From IMG/VR virus record IMGVR_UViG_3300043567_000723: a DNA stretch of 64,000 nucleotides; one strand, 5' to 3'. Source of the stretch: a virus. Taxonomy: Duplodnaviria > Caudoviricetes. Each line of letters starts with the position of its first letter. The stretch's first letter is position 1. The notes beneath the pieces are model-generated. The model saw nothing but the letters and a program-made list of their open reading frames with translations. It was not told the DNA's origin and made no database searches. The translations under genes were made by a program, and so were the position numbers. This document shows, piece after piece, positions 9,818 to 19,515 of the stretch.

Positions 9818-11035
9818 ATGGCGCTGCTTTTTTTTGAAGGTTTTAATCGCTCGTTTGACGGCCAAGATCCTACGCCAATCTACGCCGGTAACTGGGCTTT
9901 AACTCCCGTCACGTCTGGCGGTTCAACTTATACACCTCAATTTGGGCATACGCCCACTAAAAGAACTGGCTCTGGTTCTTTGTATTTGCCGTCAAACATC
10001 GGCGCCGGCAACAGCGCGCAGTGTTATGCCGAATGGAGCATCGGCACACAAGCCAACAAAACGCTTTATTTTGGTTTTGCCGGGTACAACTTTTACACCG
10101 GTTACGACTCTGACCCTACAGCGTCACCGTATGCCGCAACGCTTTTGCGATTTTATAGCAGCGGCGGTTCTGAGCGCTTTCGCCTCGACCTTGAAATCGA
10201 CACAACGATTGCAAACGCCCTGAACGTAAACGTTAAAAATTCTAGCGGTACAACACTGGGCTCGTTTATTTATAACGACATTTACGATAACCCTAGCTAT
10301 AGCCCCGCAAGAAGTTTTGGTCGTGATAAGGTGTACAGTACAACGTATACTGACGTGTGGGGCTACTTTGAGGTAAAAATTACAACCGGCGCTACTGTAA
10401 ATAATATCGAAGTGCGTGCGAACGGTATTGCCCTTCAAACATCTTCAAGTCAAACGTTTATTTCAGTGCCGTCTTCATCGCCTACTAACGACATCGGTAA
10501 AATTCGTTTTTATGCAAATGAAACAGCCGACCAGTACATTGACGATCTTTATCTACTGGACAACGCTTCCGGATTAAATACTTGGCTAGGCCCGACCGTG
10601 CGTGTGTATAGCCCGAACCTATACACCACAAACGACGATGTCTCAACAGCAACCGATCAAGAATGGACAGCTGTTGGTACGCTTTCTCTTGGCTCTCACA
10701 ATCCAGATTCAGACTACCTAACGACAAAGCTGCCGAATAAATCGCAGTTATATGTTTTAGACAGCGCTGACGGCTTGTTCTCAATGCCCGAAGAAAATAC
10801 CGTGGCTGCTGTTCAGATCCGGTCTACGGCCCGCGAAACAAGTTTGCCCGCAGCGTACAAGCAAGTGTTTAAACCAAATACTGCCGGGTCAACAACGGAT
10901 GTAGTCACCGTAAACACAAACGCGTACTATGAGAGCAAAGCCACGCTTTTGATAAACAATCCAGCGACAACAACAAGTTGGACGATTGCTGATTTAGAAA
11001 CGGCGCATTTTGGTATCAAATCAGTTGCTCGTTAA
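9818..11035 (+). CDS. Putative tail/virion protein (paralog of 11049-12500)
   Basis: MALLFFEGFN start, YFEVKI, YIDDLYL..., AAVQI...AR motifs shared with the next ORF. Confidence 0.65.
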   Translation: MALLFFEGFNRSFDGQDPTPIYAGNWALTPVTSGGSTYTPQFGHTPTKRTGSGSLYLPSNIGAGNSAQCYAEWSIGTQANKTLYFGFAGYNFYTGYDSDPTASPYAATLLRFYSSGGSERFRLDLEIDTTIANALNVNVKNSSGTTLGSFIYNDIYDNPSYSPARSFGRDKVYSTTYTDVWGYFEVKITTGATVNNIEVRANGIALQTSSSQTFISVPSSSPTNDIGKIRFYANETADQYIDDLYLLDNASGLNTWLGPTVRVYSPNLYTTNDDVSTATDQEWTAVGTLSLGSHNPDSDYLTTKLPNKSQLYVLDSADGLFSMPEENTVAAVQIRSTARETSLPAAYKQVFKPNTAGSTTDVVTVNTNAYYESKATLLINNPATTTSWTIADLETAHFGIKSVAR

Positions 11036-11048
11036 ACACAGGTGAACT

Positions 11049-12500
11049 ATGGCGCTTATTTTCTGTGAAGGCTTTAACGAATTTCGCACCATCAACTCGG
11101 CGTACTACCCGCAGTTAGATGAGTGGACAGTTACCGGCTCAAATCTTTTTAATAACCCTCGTTCTGGTGCATATGCGTTTGGACTTTACAGCGCAAACAC
11201 TACTCAAGGTAAATTGCAGTTAGATTTGGCCGCGTTTGGCGGTCCTCACACAGGTAAAAAACTGTATGTCGGTTTTGCTGTTGATAATTTGTCCAGTTTA
11301 GGCGGCGTGGATGCGGGCACAACGGCTCCGCGGCGTTTAGTTACTTTTTTAAACGCGGCTGGCGCAGAGGTTTTGCAAATTGATGTAAAAAAAGAAGCGA
11401 CAATAACCGACCTAAACATGAAATTTACTGTGGCGCAAGCGGGTGCGCAGTTTGCCGAGTATACGCTGTCTGGTTTTTTTCCGGGTATAGAATATTTAAC
11501 CGGAGGAAGTGCGCCGCAACAAGTTTTTAGAGATTATTTGTACATCGAGTTTGAAATTGATTTGGTCAATAAAACTTTTGCGTTGCGCGTTGAGGGCGTA
11601 CCGAAAAACGTCACAGGCACAAGCAGTAATTTATCCAATTTCCCAACCACGATTAGCAACATTTCAACGCTTCAATTTCACGGCACGCGCGGAGTTGATA
11701 CTTATATCGATGATTTCTACGTTGCCGATTCTCTTGCGGCGAGCAGTTTGCAAGCTACGTTAAGTGTCGGCTCAAACATCGTAACTTTAAAAAATGGCGG
11801 CTCAACACTTGGTTTAGCAGTCGGTCAAACTATTAGTTTGTCGTCTGGTAGCGCTGGCGCATTTGGTACGCCCGCCGCGCCAGATACGCTAGCTATTGCG
11901 AGTATTAGCGACAGCACGCGTTTTGTCGTTAATGCTAACCACGTAACGGCCGGCGCTGTAACGTTTAACGTTATTGACCCGGTCGGTACAGGTTTGAACA
12001 CGTGGTATGGCCCGTGCCGTGTACATACGCCCGCTTTAAATGGTGATAACTTTTTGGACAGTAACGATATATGGTCGGCCAACGGTAATACAAAACTAGA
12101 CAACAATGATTACGACGCAACCGGTTCTTATGTAGTGAGCGGCACGGTAGGCAAAAAACAGTTAATCTCTTGTTCTACGACGCCAACTAACGGCTTTGGG
12201 TCAATTACGATCGGCGAAGAGGAATACATTGCGGCCGTGCAGTTGAACACAGTTATCCGTAAAACAAACCAAGACACAGCCATAAAGCCAATATACAAAT
12301 CCGCAACAAACACGTATCATGACGTTGGTGCCGGCATCAACCTCAGCGGGACAGCAGATTTAAACTACAAAACGCGCCTGTTCGTCATTCCCAAAAACCC
12401 AGCGACAAACGCTACGTGGGAACTCGCCGCAATTGTTGACGGGTCGTCTGCAAATGCAATTAACAATGGTTTTGGCGTTGAGCTTATAGCGCCAACTTGA
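11049..12500 (+). CDS. Putative tail/virion protein (paralog of 9818-11035)
   Basis: MALIFCEGFN start, YIEFEI, YIDDFYV, AAVQL...IRK motifs. Confidence 0.65.
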   Translation: MALIFCEGFNEFRTINSAYYPQLDEWTVTGSNLFNNPRSGAYAFGLYSANTTQGKLQLDLAAFGGPHTGKKLYVGFAVDNLSSLGGVDAGTTAPRRLVTFLNAAGAEVLQIDVKKEATITDLNMKFTVAQAGAQFAEYTLSGFFPGIEYLTGGSAPQQVFRDYLYIEFEIDLVNKTFALRVEGVPKNVTGTSSNLSNFPTTISNISTLQFHGTRGVDTYIDDFYVADSLAASSLQATLSVGSNIVTLKNGGSTLGLAVGQTISLSSGSAGAFGTPAAPDTLAIASISDSTRFVVNANHVTAGAVTFNVIDPVGTGLNTWYGPCRVHTPALNGDNFLDSNDIWSANGNTKLDNNDYDATGSYVVSGTVGKKQLISCSTTPTNGFGSITIGEEEYIAAVQLNTVIRKTNQDTAIKPIYKSATNTYHDVGAGINLSGTADLNYKTRLFVIPKNPATNATWELAAIVDGSSANAINNGFGVELIAPT

Positions 12501-12521
12501 TTTTAACTCGCCGCTATTTTT

Positions 12522-13178
12522 ATGGCTTACTTAACCACTATAAACGGTAAATTACGTATAGACTGGGCCGCGAGCACACTCATACTTTCTGAGAGTGAAA
12601 AAGAGCCGTGCTGCTGTTGTACGGCCGGTTGTGTTATAACGACTATTACGCTTATTCGCCCAATTGTTTGGCCGGGCGTGGCGCGTTGCGCAACTGGTTG
12701 GTTAAAATACGAAGATGTAAGTTCTCATCCTGCAAACTGCCGATCAAACACAGAGTGGCGTTTAATAAATTTGCCGACTTGCGAAATAGTTGCATCGGGA
12801 AAAATTGAAAACGGTAAATTGACGGGATTAAAAGACCGCGCATGTTATCCAATGCCATACTGGGAAGGGGCAACACCATGCCCGCCCCCCGGCCCTATTA
12901 CTTTTTCCAGCCTTCTGTGGCTGCCGCTCGCTTTTTTTGCTTACGCAGCAAATTTTTTGGACATTGAAACTTTAATTGCACTTCTTGGTAGTTCTATGGT
13001 TGCCCTTCATTGCGACGGTGACCTGTCATGCCGCTATGTGCTTCAATTACAAACTGCATGCAAAAAAGATGGCGAGTTGCTTTGGCCTGAGCCAAATCCG
13101 TGCGTACGACAACTACCAAATCACGGCGGCGGCGGCATTCCACGGGATGGCGGCGGCGGTGATTTCCCGGTGCCTTAA
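12522..13178 (+). CDS. Cys-rich hypothetical protein
   Basis: 218-aa ORF with a CCCC motif and an internal hydrophobic segment. Confidence 0.55.
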   Translation: MAYLTTINGKLRIDWAASTLILSESEKEPCCCCTAGCVITTITLIRPIVWPGVARCATGWLKYEDVSSHPANCRSNTEWRLINLPTCEIVASGKIENGKLTGLKDRACYPMPYWEGATPCPPPGPITFSSLLWLPLAFFAYAANFLDIETLIALLGSSMVALHCDGDLSCRYVLQLQTACKKDGELLWPEPNPCVRQLPNHGGGGIPRDGGGGDFPVP

Positions 13179-13180
13179 TC

Positions 13181-13819
13181 ATGGAAAACAATAGTGGCGA
13201 AGATGACCGCGTTACAGTTACTCGCGATCAATTTTTTGATCTCATGCGCGGCGACCTAAAACTGCTAAGAAAACTACTGTGTTTGTGCCGGTACTTTTTA
13301 TCGTGCAACATTCAAGATCAGATATTTAATGCGTTGTTGGCGCAATCTGAAATAGAATTGACTGAAAAAGTTCAGCGGTTTTTCTTGTTTTTTGCGGCAG
13401 CGGCAATTGATCCTGCGCAAAACATTGACGACATTCCCGTGAATGTTTTTTTGCCGCCATTACCCGAGCGCGAATGTTTGTTTGCGCGTAATGGTATTTT
13501 CATAGATACAAAAGCGTGTTTTCAAACTAGAGACGTGCCGTTAAATACTGTGACGCCTTTTAAATCTGTGCGTAACACATATTTTTTACTAGAGCACGCA
13601 CACGAAGCGCTTGAAATGAGTTGTCAACTGCGGCTTCGGCAGTTAGCGTATTTGCAGAATAACAAACCGGATATCATTATTGAAGAAATTGACTCTGTCG
13701 CGCATGTAATTGAAATGACTGCAGATGCGCAACTAACCGAGGCGCAAAAAATCATTTTTGAAATTGGCGGTTATGCCTACAACAAAAGCAAAATGTATGG
13801 CGACATGCTTGAGCACTAA
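13181..13819 (+). CDS. Hypothetical protein
   Basis: 212-aa ORF directly following the previous stop. Confidence 0.6.
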   Translation: MENNSGEDDRVTVTRDQFFDLMRGDLKLLRKLLCLCRYFLSCNIQDQIFNALLAQSEIELTEKVQRFFLFFAAAAIDPAQNIDDIPVNVFLPPLPERECLFARNGIFIDTKACFQTRDVPLNTVTPFKSVRNTYFLLEHAHEALEMSCQLRLRQLAYLQNNKPDIIIEEIDSVAHVIEMTADAQLTEAQKIIFEIGGYAYNKSKMYGDMLEH

Positions 13820-13847
13820 AACACCATTTTGTGGTGTTTTAAAAAAA

Positions 13848-14606
13848 ATGCACGCGCAGGGTTTGTTCACGCACATGCCCTTTGTCGTAAATCCCGAAAT
13901 TTTACTTTTCTCCCTCGGTTGTTCGAATCCGCATTTTCCAAGTAAAGATTGGCGAGTCGGCTATATCGACGCGCGCACACAAACATGGCGTTTGTTGGAC
14001 ACCGGTTTGCCGGCGGGCACAGTAGAGTGTTCCCCGACAGCCTACATAGATTTTGCAACCAACAAAATAGTCGTTTGTTTTTTGGCCAGCACGCCCGCGT
14101 GCCCGACATATTTCATGTATAAGATGGTCGGCAATTCGTGGGATTCGCTATGCGGCGCTTTCGCAGTTGGCACGCCAACCTATCACGGTTTTGTAAATAA
14201 CGAATTGTTTGTAACCAGCCGGTTTTTTCCAAATAACGATATTCACATTCGTATAGAAACTAGAACCGGGCGCATAACGCGACTTGCGGCGTTGTCGCAA
14301 TACATCCACAAAATTTCGTATGTCTCTGAGCAGCCGACAAAAATAATTGTGTCGTTGCAGAAAAAAGAGAACCCCAGACACGCTAAAGAACTGCTACTAG
14401 ACACGGCCGATTATTCTACAGTTCATGTGATTCGTCAGCGGCAACATAAGTTGTATAAAGCGTCGTTGTATGAAAACATGATACTTTACGGCAAAAAATT
14501 GCGCGGCTTTGACGAGCGGCAAATTTGTGGTAACACGTCTCGCGTGCAATTTGACCCGAGTCCGCTACATTGTCATTTAGTAAAATTACCCACGAAAAAT
14601 GGCTAA
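13848..14606 (+). CDS. Hypothetical protein (start uncertain; ATG 13848 chosen)
   Basis: Long ORF in the track (13758-14606) that overlaps tdk by 8 nt. Confidence 0.55.
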   Translation: MHAQGLFTHMPFVVNPEILLFSLGCSNPHFPSKDWRVGYIDARTQTWRLLDTGLPAGTVECSPTAYIDFATNKIVVCFLASTPACPTYFMYKMVGNSWDSLCGAFAVGTPTYHGFVNNELFVTSRFFPNNDIHIRIETRTGRITRLAALSQYIHKISYVSEQPTKIIVSLQKKENPRHAKELLLDTADYSTVHVIRQRQHKLYKASLYENMILYGKKLRGFDERQICGNTSRVQFDPSPLHCHLVKLPTKNG

Positions 14607-15180
14607 ACTCTACTTTCGGCACGGAACCGTCAGCAGCGCCAAAACCCTGAATCTTCTTGCCGCGGCGCACAACTACCGGCAACGCGGCAAAAAGATTTTG
14701 TTACTTAAACCAGCCGTCGACACGCGGTTTGGTTTGGGCGTAATCAAAACACGGGCTGGCTTAGAGCTAACCGCTGATATTGTCGTGGCGCCGGATGTAC
14801 CGTTATCTTTTACGGAAGAGCAGCTGGGCGCTGTTTGCGTCCTCGTTGACGAGGCGCAGTTTCTGCCTGTTTCCGCTATTGATTACCTTCACAGCGCGGT
14901 TGTGATAAACCGGGGTATTCCGGTAATCTGTTACGGTTTACGGACGGACTTCAGAACGGTATTGTTTCCGGCGGCGAAACGCTTACTGGAACTCGCCGAC
15001 AGTATTGAAGAAATCAAAACTATTTGTCATTTTTGCTTGCGCAAAGCGATCTTTAATCTTAAGCTTCTCGACGGTAAGGCCACCCTCGCCGGTCCGTCTG
15101 TTGAATTAGGTTGCGAAGAAAAGTATCTTCCTGTCTGCGCCGCGTGTTATGCAGAGCAACACAGAACAACCGATCACTAA
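14599..15180 (+). CDS. tdk: Thymidine kinase
   Basis: GTVSSAKT P-loop, LVDEAQF, VICYGLRTDF, two CxxC Zn motifs and GCEEKYLPVCAACY. Confidence 0.95.
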   Translation: MAKLYFRHGTVSSAKTLNLLAAAHNYRQRGKKILLLKPAVDTRFGLGVIKTRAGLELTADIVVAPDVPLSFTEEQLGAVCVLVDEAQFLPVSAIDYLHSAVVINRGIPVICYGLRTDFRTVLFPAAKRLLELADSIEEIKTICHFCLRKAIFNLKLLDGKATLAGPSVELGCEEKYLPVCAACYAEQHRTTDH

Positions 15181-15544
15181 CGAGATCGTACAAGTAGTTG
15201 AACAACCAGCGGCTGCGGCAAGGACGCCCGGCCCGGTTGATATTTTCGCTGCCGGCGGCGTTGTTTTCTTCGCCGCCGTGTTTTTTCTGTGGTTCTTTTT
15301 TGAACACCTAGAAACACAGCGAATGCTAGCTGATATGCGCCGACGAGCAGAAGCCCGAAGGTTGCAAAACACGCTAATGTCTGCCGATCTCTTGGTGGTA
15401 ATCGCCGAGCAAGAGCGCGCGCGGCTTTCTCGCGTGCGACTTGAAAATATTGCGGCAGCTGAAAAAGCGGCCGCGGTGTCTGCCGCTGTAGCAAACGTGC
15501 CCGACCAGTCTTCAAAACGTCGAAGAATTTTCAAGCTCTACTAG
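15149..15544 (+). CDS. Single-pass membrane protein with coiled coil
   Basis: TM segment IFAAGGVVFFAAVFFLWFFF followed by a helical charged region. Confidence 0.6.
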   Translation: MQSNTEQPITNEIVQVVEQPAAAARTPGPVDIFAAGGVVFFAAVFFLWFFFEHLETQRMLADMRRRAEARRLQNTLMSADLLVVIAEQERARLSRVRLENIAAAEKAAAVSAAVANVPDQSSKRRRIFKLY

Positions 15545-15552
15545 GAGAAAAT

Positions 15553-15747
15553 ATGGCCGCCCGCGTTCCGACACCGACACTGAAAGAAATAGCTGAGCGC
15601 GCCAAAGCGATCCGCGCAACGTGGACGCCGCAAGAAAGAAAAAAGAAATGCGTTTATTCAACAGATGTGCGATATACGCCGATGTCGGAAAATGTGTTTT
15701 CGGATAGCATTGGGCCAAGTTCCCGCCGCATTCAAAAACTCTATTAG
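15553..15747 (+). CDS. Small hypothetical protein
   Basis: AGGAG RBS; PTLKEIAERAKAIRATWTPQERKKK motif. Confidence 0.6.
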   Translation: MAARVPTPTLKEIAERAKAIRATWTPQERKKKCVYSTDVRYTPMSENVFSDSIGPSSRRIQKLY

Positions 15748-15755
15748 GATCTAGT

Positions 15756-16190
15756 ATGTCTTGTTGCCAAAATAAAACCGGCAAAAAAATTGAAAAGCTG
15801 CAGTTGCCGCCGCTGGTATACGACGTTGCTGCAAACCTCGTCACCACGCTATGCGATCTCGTAAATGCGGGTATAAAGACACTACCAGACACGCTCACCG
15901 TTACAGAGCTTATGTTAGTGCTGCAATCGTTAGTTCAAAAGAATGATGAGCTGCAGCGCAAAGTAGACGAACGTAAAAGTCCCGCGGTGACTACAGCCGG
16001 CGCTGCGGTGAACGTAGCATTTGGGCCTAACAATGCATATGTGCTATCAATGCCCGTCACACCTGCCGCGTGCGACGAGCTAGCTGAGCAGTTTGACGCA
16101 ATAGCTCAGCGACTCCGGCAAGCCGCTAGATCAAATATGTTTGACTGTGAACACCAGCAGATTTTATTTCCGTTTGTAGATTGCGCCTGA
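15756..16190 (+). CDS. Hypothetical protein
   Basis: 144-aa ORF with AGGA upstream. Confidence 0.55.
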   Translation: MSCCQNKTGKKIEKLQLPPLVYDVAANLVTTLCDLVNAGIKTLPDTLTVTELMLVLQSLVQKNDELQRKVDERKSPAVTTAGAAVNVAFGPNNAYVLSMPVTPAACDELAEQFDAIAQRLRQAARSNMFDCEHQQILFPFVDCA

Positions 16191-16216
16191 CGTCATCTGC
16201 CACCAAAGGACTGGTC

Positions 16217-17350
16217 ATGTCGAAGCCAACGCTGCACCTTATTGGTATCTTTCACACGATTCACAATCAGGCGTACTCGCATTGCGCGTTTACCGGGAAA
16301 GCACTGCGCTTTTCTAAAATGATGCAGATGCGCGGCTACCCGGTAGTCGAGTATGCCAACGAGGGCAGCGAAAGCGAAGCACGAGAAAAGATCGTTATCT
16401 TGTCGCGCAAAGAGCTGCAAGAAATGACGGGCGAACGAAAAAAGACAGATTTTTATGCGGATCTTGCCACTGTCGGCACGCCGCACCATACAGAGTTTGA
16501 GTCGCGCCTAGTGTCTTTTATGAAGCATCGGGTACAGCCCGGCGACATTATTTGCCATCCGTTTGGTCACGCGCATTCAAGACTGCTCAATGACTTCCCG
16601 AAGAACCTGCACGTTGAGACCGGCATTGGCTACCCGACGCTGGTAGACGGGACGATTAAGATATTTGAAAGCTACGCGTGGCGGCACTACCACGCCGGCA
16701 AAGACGGTCGCGAGGGCAGCAACTATGAATGGGTTATTCCAAACTATTTTGATATCAATGACTGGCAACCCAGTTTTGCTCCCGGTTCTTATTACGCTTT
16801 TCTTGGGCGTATTGGGGCGCATAAGGGTCTGAACACGCTGCTGGAGATTGCGCGGCACCTGCCTGAAGGCGGCCCGAAAATCGTGTTGTGCGGGCAGGGC
16901 GACCCGACGCCGTGGCTGCACCCAAACATCGAGTACCGCGGACCAATTTCTGGTACAGCGCGCAGCGAGTATATGCGCAACGCGATCTGTTCTCTCATGC
17001 CCACCACGTTCATCGAACCATTTGGCGGATCTGGCGTTGAGGGCCTAATGTGTGGCACGCCGCTGATTACGACAGACTACGGCGCCTTTGCCGAAACCGT
17101 ACAGCACGGTTTCAATGGCTTCCGCTGCAAAACGCTCGAAGACTGGCTCGAAGCTCTGGAGGCCGTGACGCAGCTAGACCGCGCTGCTGTGTCCAATGCA
17201 GCCAGAGAAACCTACAGCCTTGAAGCGTGCAGCAAACGCTACGATGACGCGTTTGAAAAAATACACCAGCTGTACGATAAAGGCTGGTACACGCTGTCAG
17301 AAAAACGGCTCAAAAAAGCCCCAAAAATTGCCGTTTCCGCGGGCCTATAA
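16217..17350 (+). CDS. Glycosyltransferase family 4 (GT-B)
   Basis: FLGRIGAHKG, EPFGGSGVEGLMCGTPLITTDYGAFAETVQHGFNGF; AAAGGA RBS before ATG 16217. Confidence 0.9.
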   Translation: MSKPTLHLIGIFHTIHNQAYSHCAFTGKALRFSKMMQMRGYPVVEYANEGSESEAREKIVILSRKELQEMTGERKKTDFYADLATVGTPHHTEFESRLVSFMKHRVQPGDIICHPFGHAHSRLLNDFPKNLHVETGIGYPTLVDGTIKIFESYAWRHYHAGKDGREGSNYEWVIPNYFDINDWQPSFAPGSYYAFLGRIGAHKGLNTLLEIARHLPEGGPKIVLCGQGDPTPWLHPNIEYRGPISGTARSEYMRNAICSLMPTTFIEPFGGSGVEGLMCGTPLITTDYGAFAETVQHGFNGFRCKTLEDWLEALEAVTQLDRAAVSNAARETYSLEACSKRYDDAFEKIHQLYDKGWYTLSEKRLKKAPKIAVSAGL

Positions 17351-17448
17351 ATAGGCTAAATTTCGCGCTATATCGTGGCATATTACTTGCGCACTGCAAA
17401 TATGTATTTGCAGAACTTTGCGCCTTCGGGTTCTCAAAGGAGACCGCT

Positions 17449-17622
17449 ATGCCTTACCCGATTGTTCGTGAGATTCTGATTGTTTTCTGCACCATAGCTG
17501 GTACCCTCGTGGGCTGGCTTGCGGGCAAAAGCATCAGCATACCTACAGCAGAAATGTCGCTTGCATTTGTCGGCATGGCCCTCGGTGGCGCATTTGCTGA
17601 TATCTGCACGCGCAAGGAGTGA
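17449..17622 (+). CDS. Small two-TM membrane protein (57 aa, not in the ORF track)
   Basis: AAGGAG RBS, ATG 17449; MPYPIVREILIVFCTIAGTLVGWLAG...LAFVGMALGGAFADICTRKE. Confidence 0.6.
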   Translation: MPYPIVREILIVFCTIAGTLVGWLAGKSISIPTAEMSLAFVGMALGGAFADICTRKE

Positions 17623-17626
17623 TACC

Positions 17627-18274
17627 ATGAAACGTGTGTTGTGTTTTGTGCTCCTGACGGTTGTGTGCGCTTTTTCGGAAGCCAAGGATTTTCCGTGGAA
17701 CCACGATGTGCGTGACCCGGCTTTCGAGGCGTGGGCTATGACTGAAATACGCGCAGTTGTCGAAGAGAATTTCGCGGCTGTTAACAATGAAGACGTCAAA
17801 AGGCTCATGGCGACCCACACGAGCTACTGCCCTGATCGGGAAGAGTTCATGAAAGAAGCTAAGCAGTCTTTTGAAGACTTCGACGTTTATGTCCGGCTGG
17901 TTGATTTACGCTGGGGTGGCGCTGGCAACGCGTCCAGCGTATATAAGTCAGGTCACCGGTGTTCTGTGATCGTGACGCAGCAAACAATGCCGGCTAATGC
18001 TGAAGATGGCGATTACACGTCATACAGAGGCAACTCCGCTTTGCTGCCCCCGACGGAGCTAGTTTATTACACGCTCCACTGCCACATGGAAAAGGGCAAG
18101 TGGAAGATCCACATGATCAATGGGGACGTGTGCCGGACGACGTGGGAGTATTTCGAAGACGATAAAAGAGAGCGCGAAAGGCTATCTGGTAATACAGCGT
18201 CAGCGCCCGGTCGATCGCCGTTTGATTGCGCAAATGGTCGGTGTCAGAAACCGGTCATTCGCGTAGGTAACTAA
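17627..18274 (+). CDS. Secreted protein, possibly SnoaL/NTF2-like fold
   Basis: AAGGAG RBS, signal peptide MKRVLCFVLLTVVCAFS, IRAVVEENFAAVNNEDVKRLMAT helix, C-terminal CANGRC. Confidence 0.55.
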   Translation: MKRVLCFVLLTVVCAFSEAKDFPWNHDVRDPAFEAWAMTEIRAVVEENFAAVNNEDVKRLMATHTSYCPDREEFMKEAKQSFEDFDVYVRLVDLRWGGAGNASSVYKSGHRCSVIVTQQTMPANAEDGDYTSYRGNSALLPPTELVYYTLHCHMEKGKWKIHMINGDVCRTTWEYFEDDKRERERLSGNTASAPGRSPFDCANGRCQKPVIRVGN

Positions 18275-18308
18275 TGTCTACAGTGTTGCGGTGACGCAGC
18301 ACTGGCCC

Positions 18309-18382
18309 GACCCCTTAGCTCAGCTGGTTAGAGCATCGGACTTTTAATCCGTTGGTCCTCGGTTCGAATCCGAGAGGGGTCA
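18309..18382 (+). tRNA. tRNA-Lys(UUU)
   Basis: Cloverleaf: GACCCCT/AGGGGTC acceptor, anticodon loop CT-TTT-AA, GGTTCGAATCC T arm; CCA not encoded. Confidence 0.95.
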
Positions 18383-18422
18383 CTGTTTGGGGGTTCGATT
18401 GTTTCACACAAGGATGAGTGAA

Positions 18423-18623
18423 ATGAATTGGGTAGTTATGCTTCTTATGTCGATCTTAATGCCAGTTGTGCAGCCGACTCTGCAAAATGGAGTACAGAAA
18501 ATGTCGGCTAAGATTCAGCAGGTTTCCCAACCAAGCCCTTATATTACGTACCACGAAGGGCGCTGGTGGAAGTTAGAGAACGGTCAGTGGTACGTCTGGC
18601 AGGAGAACAAAAATGCCAATTAG
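18423..18623 (+). CDS. Small exported protein with Trp/Tyr-rich tail
   Basis: Hydrophobic N-terminus; YITYHEGRWWKLENGQWYVWQ. Confidence 0.55.
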   Translation: MNWVVMLLMSILMPVVQPTLQNGVQKMSAKIQQVSQPSPYITYHEGRWWKLENGQWYVWQENKNAN

Positions 18624-18894
18624 TGCGCCGCTGTTTAATCTATATTTCACAGGTGAGTACGACAAGATTCCGACTCGTATGCAGACGGCCCTTACGCGAT
18701 ACGTCACCGACCGCGTGGCTCCCGGTAACTTCCTGCAAGCGGTCATTAAGAACGACCTGCGCGACGCCTGTGGCCGCGCAGATAGTGAGAATCTGCCGCT
18801 GTTACCCCTGTACGTTAAATGGCTTTACAACGTCGCTCCGGGCGGCTGTTGGGGTAGCCTAGACAACTACAAGGCGTGGATGGCTGGTGAGTAA
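18613..18894 (+). CDS. Hypothetical phage protein
   Basis: 93-aa ORF with AGGAG RBS; PGNFLQAVIKNDL...WGS motif. Confidence 0.65.
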   Translation: MPISAPLFNLYFTGEYDKIPTRMQTALTRYVTDRVAPGNFLQAVIKNDLRDACGRADSENLPLLPLYVKWLYNVAPGGCWGSLDNYKAWMAGE

Positions 18895-18924
18895 TCTATA
18901 AGCCTTTTTGCGTAAAAAGTTGCC

Positions 18925-18997
18925 GGGATCGTAGCCCAATGGCAGAGGCAAAGGACTTAAAATCCTTCAAGTGTGGGTTCGAGTCCCACCGATCCTA
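18925..18997 (+). tRNA. tRNA-Leu(UAA) with short variable loop
   Basis: GGGATCG/CGATCCT acceptor, AAGGA-CT-TAA-AA-TCCTT, 5-nt variable region CAAGT, GTGGG-TTCGAGT-CCCAC. Confidence 0.9.
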
Positions 18998-19020
18998 ATG
19001 GTTGATCAAAAGGAGTTTTC

Positions 19021-19371
19021 ATGCCACAAGACACGGTTAAATACAAACCGGTTTGTTGCTACCAGTGCGGAGAAACGTTTCGGTCGTATACGTTCAAAGA
19101 CGTGTACGACATGCGCATTGACGGCGTGATTCACAAAGTGCCCGTATACGCTGTCCCGTGCCGGCGTTGCGACGCCTGCGACATCGCGATAACGGACGCT
19201 GGTTCCGATGAGGCCGTGCAGTGGTCGTACAAAAAGTACCTCAACGAGCACGGATTAAACACGCCATGGCTGCGTTTCCGCCGCTGGATTCGTCGCCGTT
19301 GCCGAATCGCGTGCGACCGGTATAACTGGTACCGGCTGCGATTCGATAAATGGCGTGGCAAATATTCGTAG
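19021..19371 (+). CDS. MqsA/YgiT-type zinc-finger protein without HTH
   Basis: CYQCGE...KDVYDMRIDGVIHKVPVYAVPCRRCD spacing matches the YgiT-type Zn finger; AAGGAG RBS. Confidence 0.55.
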   Translation: MPQDTVKYKPVCCYQCGETFRSYTFKDVYDMRIDGVIHKVPVYAVPCRRCDACDIAITDAGSDEAVQWSYKKYLNEHGLNTPWLRFRRWIRRRCRIACDRYNWYRLRFDKWRGKYS

Positions 19372-19377
19372 CAACGT

Positions 19378-19451
19378 AGGCGCATAGCTCAATTGGTCAG
19401 AGCACCTGCTTTACACGCAGGGGGTTAGGGGTTCGAGTCCCTTTGCGCCTA
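19378..19451 (+). tRNA. tRNA-Val(UAC)
   Basis: AGGCGCA/TGCGCCT acceptor, CCTGC-TT-TAC-AC-GCAGG, GGTTCGAGTCC. Confidence 0.95.
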
Positions 19452-19515
19452 TTGCCCGGTGTGGGGCGTATTCGACAACAGCCGCGCACACCCGCGGTGT
19501 ATTCACGGAGGATTT

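Noticed and set aside
9829-9836. Poly-T tract near a tail gene start (also poly-A at 13841 and 25291) as phase-variation sites
   Set aside because: Runs of 8-9 nt occur by chance in AT-rich leaders; the frames are intact, and no read data show slippage.
1-14600. Diversity-generating retroelement acting on tail fibres
   Set aside because: No reverse transcriptase and no adenine-specific template/variable repeat pair seen in the window.
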